A DNA stretch of 64,000 nt from an uncultured Nitrospiraceae bacterium (GTDB taxonomy: Bacteria; Nitrospirota; Thermodesulfovibrionia; Thermodesulfovibrionales; Dissulfurispiraceae), in assembly GCA_963727805.1 (NCBI GenBank), contig CAVSHF010000003.1:1856001-1920000 (forward strand), given 5' to 3'. The stretch's first letter is position 1; each line of letters begins with the position of its first letter. Of the stretch, positions 11,044 through 20,399 are shown piece by piece. Made by a program: the position numbers and the translations under genes. Under the pieces are notes generated by a model. That model saw only the letters and a program-made list of their open reading frames with translations, ran no database searches and was not told where the DNA came from.

Positions 11044-11132
11044 AACGATACCTCCAGGCTCGTAACACCATCCTCCCCTCTCTTAGTTAAGAAGGAGAAA
11101 AGGGGGAAGTTCCGTGGGTAGGCAAAGGAGGG

Positions 11133-11300
11133 TTATGCTCTGTTTGATGGTCTCCGGCTAATCTGCTCCCACATCTCTTCATCGATTGCGTCGATATATG
11201 CTGAAACCGGGTAAGTTCTGCCGCACACCGTGCAGCACAGAATGACCGATTTTCAGCCGATCAGCAACCGGATGAGCCCCTTGCAATCCCTGCATTTCAT
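11133..11300 (-). CDS. Dual-CXXC small selenoprotein (UGA at codon 16 read as Sec)
   Basis: MKCRDCKGLIRLLIG-U-KSVILCCTVCGRTYPVSAYIDAIDEEMWEQISRRPSNRA; TGA at 11255-11253; SECIS-like hairpin follows. Alternative start at 11321 (MEARDIG-). Confidence 0.82.
11219..11237 (-). promoter_or_regulatory. Putative bacterial SECIS element
   Basis: UGCUGCAC-GGU-GUGCGGCA stem-loop; G-rich apical loop begins 23 nt after the UGA. Confidence 0.72.
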
Positions 11301-11358
11301 CCCAATATCCCTTGCTTCCATTGGAAAAACAGATATCTAATAATATACCATAACATTT

Positions 11359-11910
11359 ATGATTAGACCGCATCTGCTATTGAATAATGAACTCGTCTGG
11401 CATGACAGGAAGAAATGGGATGAGGCCGTGTCACTACTCAGAGATTTGTTCGCTCATCATAACAGTGAGCTCTCTAAAATGGGCTGTTTGGCTATGGCAC
11501 TTAGAGGTCATATTGATGCCGTCGATCACTTCATTCAGCAAAACACTGCACAGGTGTGTCCTGACTGCCAAAAAGTCTGCTGCATCAACAGGCATGGGTA
11601 CTATGACTATCAGGACTTGATCTACATAACAGCGCTCGGACTGACACCGCCACTTTACGGAGAAGGTATCGTGGACACAGCTCCTTGTCAATTCCTTTCC
11701 GAATGCGGCTGCGCGATAGAGCGCTCCATCAGGCCTTTCAGGTGCAACTGGCACTTCTGCACCGACCTGATGGTCTTCATGTCATCAGGTCCTGCAAAGC
11801 CCTTGCGTGAATTCAACCTGCAATTTAAAGAACTGCAAGCGCTGCGACAAGCGATGATCGACTATTTCTTCGATATCCTTTCAAGAGACACAGACCGTAT
11901 CCTGCCATAA
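11359..11910 (+). CDS. Cys-cluster protein (YkgJ/CxxCxxCC-like, putative Fe-S or Zn binding)
   Basis: CPDCQKVCC...CQFLSECGC..RPFRCNWHFC. Confidence 0.7.
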   Translation: MIRPHLLLNNELVWHDRKKWDEAVSLLRDLFAHHNSELSKMGCLAMALRGHIDAVDHFIQQNTAQVCPDCQKVCCINRHGYYDYQDLIYITALGLTPPLYGEGIVDTAPCQFLSECGCAIERSIRPFRCNWHFCTDLMVFMSSGPAKPLREFNLQFKELQALRQAMIDYFFDILSRDTDRILP

Positions 11911-12159
11911 GTGTACGCAGCAGACGCTGCTGCTATTCGGAATTCTTAGACAATAGTGCTCTCACAAAAGAAGTCTGAATGGGTTTTGACGTGGGTCTTT
12001 TGCTTATTGATTAATAACTCGATATACTATAACGGGCAAATGAGATGGCTGCCCTCAACGACTTCTATATGAAGACTTAATTTCTCATAAGGTCGGAAAT
12101 ATCATCATAACAAATGCCCGCGGGCCACTGTGTCCCGTAAGGCGAAGGAGGAGGAAACT

Positions 12160-12366
12160 ATGGCAGTGTACAAGTTCATTGAATTAGTCGGGACTAGTGA
12201 GGAATCCTGGGAGAAAGCAGCAGCGTCGGCTGTCGAGCTGGCAGCAAAATCATTGCGTGAACTTCGGGTGGCCGAGGTCATTCAGACGGATATGACAATC
12301 GAAAATGGCAAGGTCGCCTTGTACCGCACAAAGGTCAGGCTTTCGTTTAAATACGAGGGTGCCTAA
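12160..12366 (+). CDS. Dodecin (flavin-binding)
   Basis: MAVYKFIELVGTSEESWEKAA...LRELRVAEV...YRTKVRLSFKYE; GGAGG RBS. Confidence 0.93.
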   Translation: MAVYKFIELVGTSEESWEKAAASAVELAAKSLRELRVAEVIQTDMTIENGKVALYRTKVRLSFKYEGA

Positions 12367-12458
12367 GCTTCGACTGTGGCATCATGCCAGAATGTTTGTC
12401 TGATGCATGGTCTTCAGCTGTAAGGGGAAACCGTTTTTGACTACGTCCACTGACTCGA

Positions 12459-12527
12459 TGCAGTAGATAACGAATCGGGAAAGAGTAATAACTCTTATTT
12501 GCTCTTTCCCGATTCCCCTCTATTGCA
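12459..12527. repeat. Long inverted repeat / hairpin between convergent genes
   Basis: GAATCGGGAAAGAGTAA pairs with TTGCTCTTTCCCGATTC (17 bp), extended by TGCAGTAGA/TCTATTGCA. Confidence 0.7.
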
Positions 12528-12831
12528 GTGGGCGCCAGCTCGGACCGTAACAGTTCAGGAAATATTCGCCGCTATTTTCACAGCCTTTTGTGATCATTAT
12601 CCCCAAATGAATAGATCTCTCGTTTATAGGTCTTGCCAGTCATGATTATGAGACCAATTTCATCTATAATATAAAATATAAGCATAAAGATAGCATAGAG
12701 CTGCGATCAAGATGAAGTCATTTGTCTCTTCAGTTGATCGCATTTAGGACGCGGTAAGTATGCTGTATATTTAAGGGAAAATATCTGCCTAAGCATAACG
12801 GGACATTTCATGCCAGCACATTTCGGCTCCC

Positions 12832-14094
12832 TCAGGTTTTTTCCTCTTTCTTCATATACCTTATCCTCTCCAGCATCGGCGGATGTGAGTAATATAGAAG
12901 AACATACAGCGGATGAGGATGGAGGTTGGACAGATTTTCTTTAGCAAGCTTTAAAAATGCACTTATCGCATCGCCTGCATCGCCCGTCAACTCTAGGCAA
13001 TCACTGTCGGCCTGTCTTTCGTAGCGTCTCGCGAAATAAGTCAAGACGGGTTTCATGGGAAATGCGACGATGCCGGCAAGAAATCCGATGATGACGATCT
13101 TTGCGTATACTGTTGCAGTCTCAACCTGAAAGAGCTTCGTCAACGTATCGCCCTCCATGAGCCGGAAAGCGATGTAGAGCCCTATGAGCGAAAGGGTTTC
13201 CATCGCGACAATCGATTTCAGGACATGCTTTCGCTTCCAGTGGCCGATTTCATGCGCGAGCACGGCAACGATTTCTCCCTGCGTCATTCCTTCGACGAGT
13301 GTATCGAAAAGGATAATCCTCTTCGTCTTCCCGATGCCCGTGAAATAGGCGTTGGAATGTCTGCTCCTCTTGGATGCGTCAATCTTCATGACCTTAGTTA
13401 CCTTAATATCGGCCCTCCGGGCCAATCCGACGATCTTTTCTTTAAGGGATTCATCTTCCACGAGAGAGAATTTATTGAAGAGTGGCTCTATGATATACGG
13501 TGAAATATACAAAATGATAATGCCATACGCGAGCATGACTCCCCATAACCACAGCCACCAATGTGCATCACTCCATTGCATGAGCCAAAATGCCGCAAAA
13601 AGGAGCACTGATATGAGTATCACAGAAAGGATCAGTGACTTTATGAAATCGGACAACCAAAGTCGTGGCGTCATGGTGTTGAAGCCGTATTTATTCTCGA
13701 TCTTGAAGTTTTCATAGAGATGGAAAGGGACATCCACCATGTCGCTCACTAAAAAGAGGACCAAGAAAAAGAGCCAACCGGATATGGCAAACGAGAAGTT
13801 GAGCGAGACAATCCATGAATTAAGAACGTTCAGAAGACCGCCGAATATGAAGACGATGGTGATAATGTTTCCGGAAAGAGATGAGACAAAACCGAAACGC
13901 GTCTTATCTGCTTCGTAATCACGCATCTTTCTCATCACACCTTCATCCATTACCAGTTTGAATTCAGGCGGCACCGTGGTGCCGAATCTCCCCATGTACC
14001 TGAGATTCAGGTACCGGACAATATATTCAAAGCCCTCCCGGACAAGATACGCAAGGAGGATGAATGCGAGAGTATGCCTCAAACCCGCCTCCAA
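12832..14094 (-). CDS. M48 family (Ste24-like) membrane zinc metallopeptidase
   Basis: SKRSRHSNAYFTG, KRIILFD, LAHEIGH, ERQAD, YSHPP; multiple TM helices. Confidence 0.93.
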   Translation of the reverse strand: MEAGLRHTLAFILLAYLVREGFEYIVRYLNLRYMGRFGTTVPPEFKLVMDEGVMRKMRDYEADKTRFGFVSSLSGNIITIVFIFGGLLNVLNSWIVSLNFSFAISGWLFFLVLFLVSDMVDVPFHLYENFKIENKYGFNTMTPRLWLSDFIKSLILSVILISVLLFAAFWLMQWSDAHWWLWLWGVMLAYGIIILYISPYIIEPLFNKFSLVEDESLKEKIVGLARRADIKVTKVMKIDASKRSRHSNAYFTGIGKTKRIILFDTLVEGMTQGEIVAVLAHEIGHWKRKHVLKSIVAMETLSLIGLYIAFRLMEGDTLTKLFQVETATVYAKIVIIGFLAGIVAFPMKPVLTYFARRYERQADSDCLELTGDAGDAISAFLKLAKENLSNLHPHPLYVLLYYSHPPMLERIRYMKKEEKT

Positions 14095-14103
14095 GATAGT
14101 GCC

Positions 14104-14724
14104 TTATCTGGCAAGGGCGTTAATCTCCTGATAGATGAACAGAGTAAAGTCATAGCACATCCGGTCGTGCCGCAGGGACACATACGGTGAAAGATTCCGT
14201 ACCGCAAAGGAGAACACTTCTTCGGGCGAAGTGTAGTGTAACTCGAAATCTTTTTTAGGATTGTGGGCCGAAAGGGCGTTGAAGGCCAGGCCGATGCGGC
14301 AGCGGGCAAAGAGCTTTATCAGTGTATCCTTAATAACCTCATCAAGTCCCTCTACCCTGAGATTGAAAACACCACAGAGGAAAATGAAATCAAAATCTTC
14401 ATCCAGAACATCTCTGTCGATATCGAGGACCCTGAAATCCACGCCAGGGTATTTTTTTTGTGCAACAGTGATGAGCTTCCCGTTGATATCGCAGCCCGTG
14501 TACTCGACAGGAACCTCTCTCTCTTGCAGAAACTGATACAGGTCCCCCTTGCCGCACCCGAAATCGAGTATCTTCTTGCCTGCTGTATCCCCAATATCGA
14601 GCATGCTCTGGTAGTGTGCTCGCTGTCCGACCGTCGTCCATCTCACCGCCTCCGGCCTGTCACCGTGCAGCATGAGATTCGTATCGAAAAAAGAGATTAC
14701 GTATTCCTTGGAGAGTTCATCCAT
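14104..14724 (-). CDS. Class I SAM-dependent methyltransferase
   Basis: ILDFGCGKG, YTGCDIN, DFIFLCGVFN. Confidence 0.88.
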   Translation of the reverse strand: MDELSKEYVISFFDTNLMLHGDRPEAVRWTTVGQRAHYQSMLDIGDTAGKKILDFGCGKGDLYQFLQEREVPVEYTGCDINGKLITVAQKKYPGVDFRVLDIDRDVLDEDFDFIFLCGVFNLRVEGLDEVIKDTLIKLFARCRIGLAFNALSAHNPKKDFELHYTSPEEVFSFAVRNLSPYVSLRHDRMCYDFTLFIYQEINALAR

Positions 14725-14893
14725 CGTCAGTATATTATCTTAACCCACTTTATCCGTAAAGTCATCTGCTGGCTCTTACGCTTAAGGCCATCACATGCGC
14801 GCACATGACGGGAGTGATATAGCTCTCTCAAAACTCTTACTCATCTCAAGTACCCCTTCGACGGACAATGAAAATTGTTGTAGAATATAACCC

Positions 14894-16012
14894 ATGACAG
14901 ACATATCTCTCATCAATAAACAAAGACTCATCGACACCTTTGTCGATCTGATCAGAATTAATTCACCGTCGTTCGACGAGAAGGACATCGGTGAATTCCT
15001 AGCGCGAAGACTTTCGGCGGCTGGCTGCAGTGTCAAGTTCCAACGGTATGAAAAATCCTTCAATCTGACAGCTGTTAAGAAAGGTAGAAAGAAAACCGCT
15101 CCTATTCTGCTGAGCGCTCATATGGATACGATCGAACCAACTACAGGAATCACCTTCACGATCGACAAAGACCGCATTAGATCAACCGGAACCACCGTGC
15201 TCGGCGCCGACGACAAGAGCGCCCTCGCACAGATTTTAGAAGCATTGACAGTACTTCACGAGAACGGGATACCCCATGCAAATCTCGAAATTGTCTTAAC
15301 GTCAGCGGAAGAAAGGGGACTTCTAGGCGCCAGGAACCTAAATTTTCAAAACATCAGGAGTCGCCATGCCCTTGTGCTCGACTCAGCAGGCAGTGTCGGC
15401 AACCTCGTCATTGGCGCCCCTACTCATCTGCGATATACATTGACCATAACCGGAAAGGCTGCCCACGCAGGCATCGAACCCGAAAAGGGAATTAATGCCA
15501 TCAGGGTCGCAGCCGAGATCATCACTAAAATACCCGACGGCAGGATCGATGAAGATACGACAGCCAATATTGGTATCATAGACGGAGGAACAGCGACCAA
15601 TGTTGTGTCAAGAGAGGTCATTATCCGCGGCGAATTGAGGAGCCATAGCATGAAGACTCTCGAAACGGTAAGAAAGATGATTTTGGAAACGGTCCGTCAG
15701 ACCGCCCACAAACATCATGCAAAGGTCAGCATTACTCAGGATGTGGCATACAAGGCATTCAGGATAGGGAAAAACGAGCCATTTCTGAAGTTCATGAAGG
15801 GCGTCTTCAGGGAATGCGGGATAGAGCCTCGTCTCACGAAAACCGGCGGTGGGTCCGATGCCAATATCTTTCACCAAAGGAGAATAATGGCTATCAATAT
15901 CTCCAACGGAATGCAGAAGGTGCATTCACCTGATGAGTTTATCCTGATTGATGATCTCTGTAAAGGCTGCTCAGTTGTATTGAAGACAGTGACTAACTTC
16001 GGGAAGTTATGA
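14894..16012 (+). CDS. M20 family peptidase T-like metallohydrolase
   Basis: SAHMDT, LGADDK, AEERG, AHAGIEPEKG, GGGSDAN, VHSPDE. Confidence 0.92.
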   Translation: MTDISLINKQRLIDTFVDLIRINSPSFDEKDIGEFLARRLSAAGCSVKFQRYEKSFNLTAVKKGRKKTAPILLSAHMDTIEPTTGITFTIDKDRIRSTGTTVLGADDKSALAQILEALTVLHENGIPHANLEIVLTSAEERGLLGARNLNFQNIRSRHALVLDSAGSVGNLVIGAPTHLRYTLTITGKAAHAGIEPEKGINAIRVAAEIITKIPDGRIDEDTTANIGIIDGGTATNVVSREVIIRGELRSHSMKTLETVRKMILETVRQTAHKHHAKVSITQDVAYKAFRIGKNEPFLKFMKGVFRECGIEPRLTKTGGGSDANIFHQRRIMAINISNGMQKVHSPDEFILIDDLCKGCSVVLKTVTNFGKL

Positions 16013-16036
16013 GTGACAGGCACAGTGCAACATTAG

Positions 16037-16354
16037 TTATTGTACGGCTTCTGCCCGGTCCCTGCCCTCAGCCTGCCCATCCCCGCCAAACGCCTCCGCC
16101 TTTTCGGCAGCCTCTTTATGCATCAGGTAGATAGCCTCACTCAGACGGATGTCGGGATATTTTACCGTCGCTTCTATCGCTTCGGTGAGCGGATAATCGA
16201 CAAAATGTCCCTCGGGCAATACAATCCGTATGAATCTCCTTTTAAGCAAAAAACAGCGCTTCTTCCTCCCGTCCTTGCTGATGAAAGGAATTATGACATA
16301 CTCGATGTCTTCCTGGAGATGATAGTAGCTGATCAGCTCGTTTATCTCTTCCAT
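16037..16354 (-). CDS. Hypothetical protein
   Basis: 105-aa ORF with protein-like composition; no motif recognised. Confidence 0.6.
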   Translation of the reverse strand: MEEINELISYYHLQEDIEYVIIPFISKDGRKKRCFLLKRRFIRIVLPEGHFVDYPLTEAIEATVKYPDIRLSEAIYLMHKEAAEKAEAFGGDGQAEGRDRAEAVQ

Positions 16355-16552
16355 AGATCGCCCGCTCGAAAGGATTACTTACCTTATTATATACTTTATT
16401 ACACGGGCCGAAAACTGATGACGGCTCAGCGAGAGCATTAAACGCCACAATAAATAGGTAATGACCCCGGTCGCCTATGACGGGGGATGGCCCTGCAAGG
16501 GCTTCACAGTATCGATATCAGCCTGTTACTGCCCGCTTTCCCTATTGCCATG

Positions 16553-18286
16553 TTACAGATCTATAGACTTGCTGAGCGGTATGGTTATCAGAAGGGTTGT
16601 GCCCTTTGAGGGCCGTCCCTCAATGTGAAGATTGCCGTTCCAGAAACGGACTCTTTCCCTTATCCCGAGAATACCGAATGATTTAGAACCATGGATATTT
16701 TTCTTAGCGATCCCTTTGCCATTGTCGCTTATCCGAAAGGAGAAGAAATTCTTTGCGCTCTCCATAGTGACGATCACCTCTGTAGCTCCTGAATGGCGGA
16801 TTATATTGGTAAGCGCTTCCTGCATGATCCGGAAGACCGATATGGACAAGTCCCTGCTGATCTTCATTTCACGGGGATGTATTAGTACGATGCACTTGAT
16901 CCCAGTCCTCTTCCTGAATTCCTCTATCTGCCACTCAACCGCAGCGGTAATGCCGAGATGATCGAGGATATCGGGTCTGAGTTCAGTACAAATCCGCCTG
17001 ACCGACTTGATAGTCGAATCGACAAGAGCCAAGCTATCTTCGGCCTTTGCGATAAGGGCAGTTTCATCCTCGGATAGCCTGTTCCTGATCCAGAATATAT
17101 CCATCTTCAGTGCTGTAAGCGCCTGCCCCAGCTCGTCATGGACTTCTCTCGCGAACTCGGTCCTTTCGTCTTCTCGGGAGGATTGCAGGTGGGCTGCTAG
17201 CCGGCGGAGTTGTTCGCTCGAATTCTTCAGTTTCTCTTCCGCCTCCTTGCGTATAATAATGCTAGCAAGGACGTTCGCGATCGACGAGAGAAACTCTTTA
17301 TGTTGAGGATTAAGTTGTTGTTCTTCCTTCAAATAGAAATTCACAACCCCGAGCACCCGGTCAGAACTGAAAAGGGGAAGACAGTAGTGGCGGTGAGAAA
17401 GTTCTTCTTCATGGTTATGCCTCGGTTGTTGTGAAAAGACCGGGGCCCGTTCCGATGTAGCTTTACCACAGAAACATTTTACAAAAGACACCTCGGTACA
17501 CTGCTGCAACTGGGCCTGCGATATCCCCTTGTGGACCGTACACTCAAGCACTCCTGGCCTGTCCTTCACAAGAAATATGCAGCCCTTCTGCTCCAAAGGC
17601 AGCCAGGGCATCGAAAAGACCTTTTCGAGGGCCTGGCTGAGTATCTCTTCCAGATTCGAATTATTGAGGGACATGTGCAGGAGTGAATTCACGACGCGCT
17701 GCATCACGTAATGCTTCTTCAGCTTGTCCTCGATTCCGAAGCGTTGGATCGCCTCGCCGATTATTGGGGTTAACAATTCGAAGGCAGTGATCTTTTCGAT
17801 AGGGAGCATCCCTTCTTTTTCGTCGGCAATGTGGATCGCGGCGATTACTGCCGGGCCGTAGCGGATAGGAATTATTGCGAGAGACATAAAGCCATGTTTG
17901 ACGCAAACACCACGATATCGGGCCTTTCCCTTCTCGTTGAGACCTCGGATGAATGCACCTACGTTATCGTTGAGAAAGGAGCCAAAAGGGGTCATAAAAG
18001 AAATGTCCTGCGGTTCGGGTTTCGCGGTAATAACCCGGATGCAGGCACACTGCGCCTCTTTTATTGAAAGCCAGTTCTCGCTCTTCCGGAAATCATCACT
18101 GAACCCTGTATAGGCTTCGTAAGGGATTGTTCCATCCTCGTTTAAGACCCTTATCCCAACGCACCGACAATCACTCCATTCCCTGAAGAGGTCGACGACA
18201 TGGCCAAGATATTTTTTTCTCGATATCCGCTTAGTCAGCAGCTTGAGGAGGGCACTGCCTGATACTGGTCGATTTCCCGTCTCCAT
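16553..18286 (-). CDS. Soluble tandem-GAF sensor histidine kinase (HisKA_3, NarX/UhpB type)
   Basis: AREVHDELGQAL H-box, QEALTNIIRH, DNGKG, FGILGIRER; two Cys-containing GAF domains; no TM helix. Confidence 0.9.
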   Translation of the reverse strand: METGNRPVSGSALLKLLTKRISRKKYLGHVVDLFREWSDCRCVGIRVLNEDGTIPYEAYTGFSDDFRKSENWLSIKEAQCACIRVITAKPEPQDISFMTPFGSFLNDNVGAFIRGLNEKGKARYRGVCVKHGFMSLAIIPIRYGPAVIAAIHIADEKEGMLPIEKITAFELLTPIIGEAIQRFGIEDKLKKHYVMQRVVNSLLHMSLNNSNLEEILSQALEKVFSMPWLPLEQKGCIFLVKDRPGVLECTVHKGISQAQLQQCTEVSFVKCFCGKATSERAPVFSQQPRHNHEEELSHRHYCLPLFSSDRVLGVVNFYLKEEQQLNPQHKEFLSSIANVLASIIIRKEAEEKLKNSSEQLRRLAAHLQSSREDERTEFAREVHDELGQALTALKMDIFWIRNRLSEDETALIAKAEDSLALVDSTIKSVRRICTELRPDILDHLGITAAVEWQIEEFRKRTGIKCIVLIHPREMKISRDLSISVFRIMQEALTNIIRHSGATEVIVTMESAKNFFSFRISDNGKGIAKKNIHGSKSFGILGIRERVRFWNGNLHIEGRPSKGTTLLITIPLSKSIDL

Positions 18287-18540
18287 TTCCTACCACACAT
18301 TGAAACCCCGGACGGTCCCGGACTTTCTTGACTCAAACAGCATGGCATATCAATTCAATCTCTTTTTCTGCTGCTTACCATGCCGGCATCCCCCTGCAGG
18401 TCATCATTCCAGGATGTCTCAATAGATGCAATAATGTACCATATCCCCGCAATTAATTGAATATTGGCTGAATCGCATGAACTTTCAATGGAGATGGAAG
18501 AACCATTATAATATAAAAACGACAAGGAGGCGACGATACT

Positions 18541-18873
18541 ATGTCAAACCGGTTTCGATCTAAAAGACCTCAGACCATGAAAAAGATAACCGCCAAGCCG
18601 ATTTCTGAAATCGTGGCTGAACTCAAGCAGGCGTCCGGCCCACCCTCCGGCTACCGAGAACAATCGTTGCGTATCCACGGGCTGATTTGTGCCAAATGTG
18701 GCAGGGAATTCGACCATACTAACAGGCATCTGCTTACCGTCCATCACAAAGACAGCAACTCAAACAATAATCCACCCAACGGCTCAAATTGGGAAAATCT
18801 CTGCGTTTATTGTCATGACGACGAGCACAGCAGGGGCATGCTTGGGGATTATCTTTCCGGAGCTAAGCACTAA
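18541..18873 (+). CDS. yajD: YajD-family HNH nuclease
   Basis: YREQSL, ICAKCGREF, LTVHHKD, NNPPNGSNWENLCVYCHDDEHSR. Confidence 0.88.
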   Translation: MSNRFRSKRPQTMKKITAKPISEIVAELKQASGPPSGYREQSLRIHGLICAKCGREFDHTNRHLLTVHHKDSNSNNNPPNGSNWENLCVYCHDDEHSRGMLGDYLSGAKH

Positions 18874-19307
18874 TGATTCGAAAGCTCGTTCTTTTATTGC
18901 TCCCCTTTTTTATCTTCGGATGTGCCCAGGACCTTCGCTTCCATAATCTCGACAAAACAGAACAGGTCCCGGCCATAAGCTATGAAGCCTATTTTTTTGT
19001 CGCGGGTATCTCAGAAAGATCGCGAGCAGTCTTTCTGAAAAAACCTGATGTGGAAATCGCAATCGAACCGGCTTCCCCTGAGATCATAAGTACGACCGCC
19101 ACCTATGTCGAAGCAATGGCTTTTATGATAGAGAAGCGACTTATGCGGTCGATCACAACACAGACAGTTACATACGAAGACAAGCCATTAGGCTATTTGC
19201 TCACTTATGATCAAGCAGGCGTGAATGGAGAAAAAGTCATCACCAATCTATATGAACGAGGCGGCAAGATTTATTTTAGTGCGCAGGAGGGAGGCGAGAT
19301 CCAATGA
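18873..19307 (+). CDS. Putative lipoprotein
   Basis: Signal peptide with lipobox IFGC; adjoins neighbouring genes. Confidence 0.65.
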   Translation: MIRKLVLLLLPFFIFGCAQDLRFHNLDKTEQVPAISYEAYFFVAGISERSRAVFLKKPDVEIAIEPASPEIISTTATYVEAMAFMIEKRLMRSITTQTVTYEDKPLGYLLTYDQAGVNGEKVITNLYERGGKIYFSAQEGGEIQ

Positions 19308-20152
19308 TTGACGGATTAAAATGCCTTGCCCTCAGCTTCCTTGCAATTTTTTTTTCCTCCAGCTTAGCGCTAGCTCTGCAGGTGGAGGTCTCACCGGGGG
19401 AACTCTTTCCCGGTGATCCCTTTTTACTCAAGGTATCGGGAGTGGACGCCTCCCAAAGGATAGCCGCCTCGATTGGAGGCAAAGAAATCCCTTTAAGCAG
19501 CTGCGGCGAAGATTGCGTTATCGGCATCGGCGTTGTCGACCCAGACACAAAACCGGGGGATTATGTTGTCTCCACCCAATTCGGCCTACAACAGCTGTCT
19601 ACCACCCTGTCTGTTAAAAAGGCGGAGTATCCTGAGCAGCACCTCACGCTTCCTGAAAAACAGGTGACTCTCAGCCTTGAAGACTTGGAGCGGACTAAAA
19701 AGGAGGCTGAGAAGCTGAAAGAACTCTGGCTGCTAAACACCGAGCGACTCTTCCGGGGAGGGTTCATTATCCCTCTTTCGAACCCTGTCTCTGCCGTATA
19801 TGGCGCGCGGCGCATCTTCAACAATAAAACCATCAGTATTCACGGAGGCATAGATATCAAAGGATCGAAGGGAGAAGAGGTCAGAGCATCCAACCGCGGC
19901 CGGATTGTTCTGGCTGAAAACCTCTTTTTCGGTGGAAATACCGTTATTATTGATCACGGACTCGGCATTTATACTATATATATGCACCTCGATCGGTTTA
20001 AGGCTCTGCATGGACAGATCGTTTCCAAGGGCGATGTCATCGGATTTGTCGGCTCGTCAGGCCGATCAACGGGCCCCCATCTCCATTTCGGCGCAAAGAT
20101 AATGGACGCTAATGCAAACCCTCTTTCGTTAACAAAACTCAAACTCGAATAG
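19304..20152 (+). CDS. M23 family metallopeptidase
   Basis: HGGID, GNTVIIDHG, YMHL, GRSTGPHLHF; signal peptide. Confidence 0.93.
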   Translation: MIDGLKCLALSFLAIFFSSSLALALQVEVSPGELFPGDPFLLKVSGVDASQRIAASIGGKEIPLSSCGEDCVIGIGVVDPDTKPGDYVVSTQFGLQQLSTTLSVKKAEYPEQHLTLPEKQVTLSLEDLERTKKEAEKLKELWLLNTERLFRGGFIIPLSNPVSAVYGARRIFNNKTISIHGGIDIKGSKGEEVRASNRGRIVLAENLFFGGNTVIIDHGLGIYTIYMHLDRFKALHGQIVSKGDVIGFVGSSGRSTGPHLHFGAKIMDANANPLSLTKLKLE

Positions 20153-20230
20153 GCAAGCTCGCTTCATCCATCTCAGGAGAGAGCAGGAAGTGTCGGATTG
20201 CTTCTGCCCTCTGACTCCTGTTTTGTCATT

Positions 20231-20293
20231 TGTAGGACAAATGCCTACACTGGTACGTGTAATATCCTACAACAGTAACAAGAAAATCCTACA
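20231..20293. promoter_or_regulatory. Phased CCTACA boxes and TGTAGG-N7-CCTACA palindrome upstream of the sigma factor
   Basis: CCTACA at 20244, 20266 and 20288 (22-bp period); TGTAGG at 20231. Confidence 0.6.
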
Positions 20294-20399
20294 AAAAAAA
20301 GAGTTTCCTTCCGATATTATTCCTTTTTGCCATCATGTATAGTTTTAGTTACCACATCAATTGCAAATCTACCAAAAATTAATATGAAAGGGAGCAAAC

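Noticed and set aside
11070..11132. Purine/pyrimidine-skewed palindromic stretch as a mobile element
   Set aside because: Degenerate and short, with no transposase; at most a REP-like remnant.
18426..18440. sigma54 promoter for the GAF kinase
   Set aside because: GG to GC spacing is 9 nt rather than the required 10.
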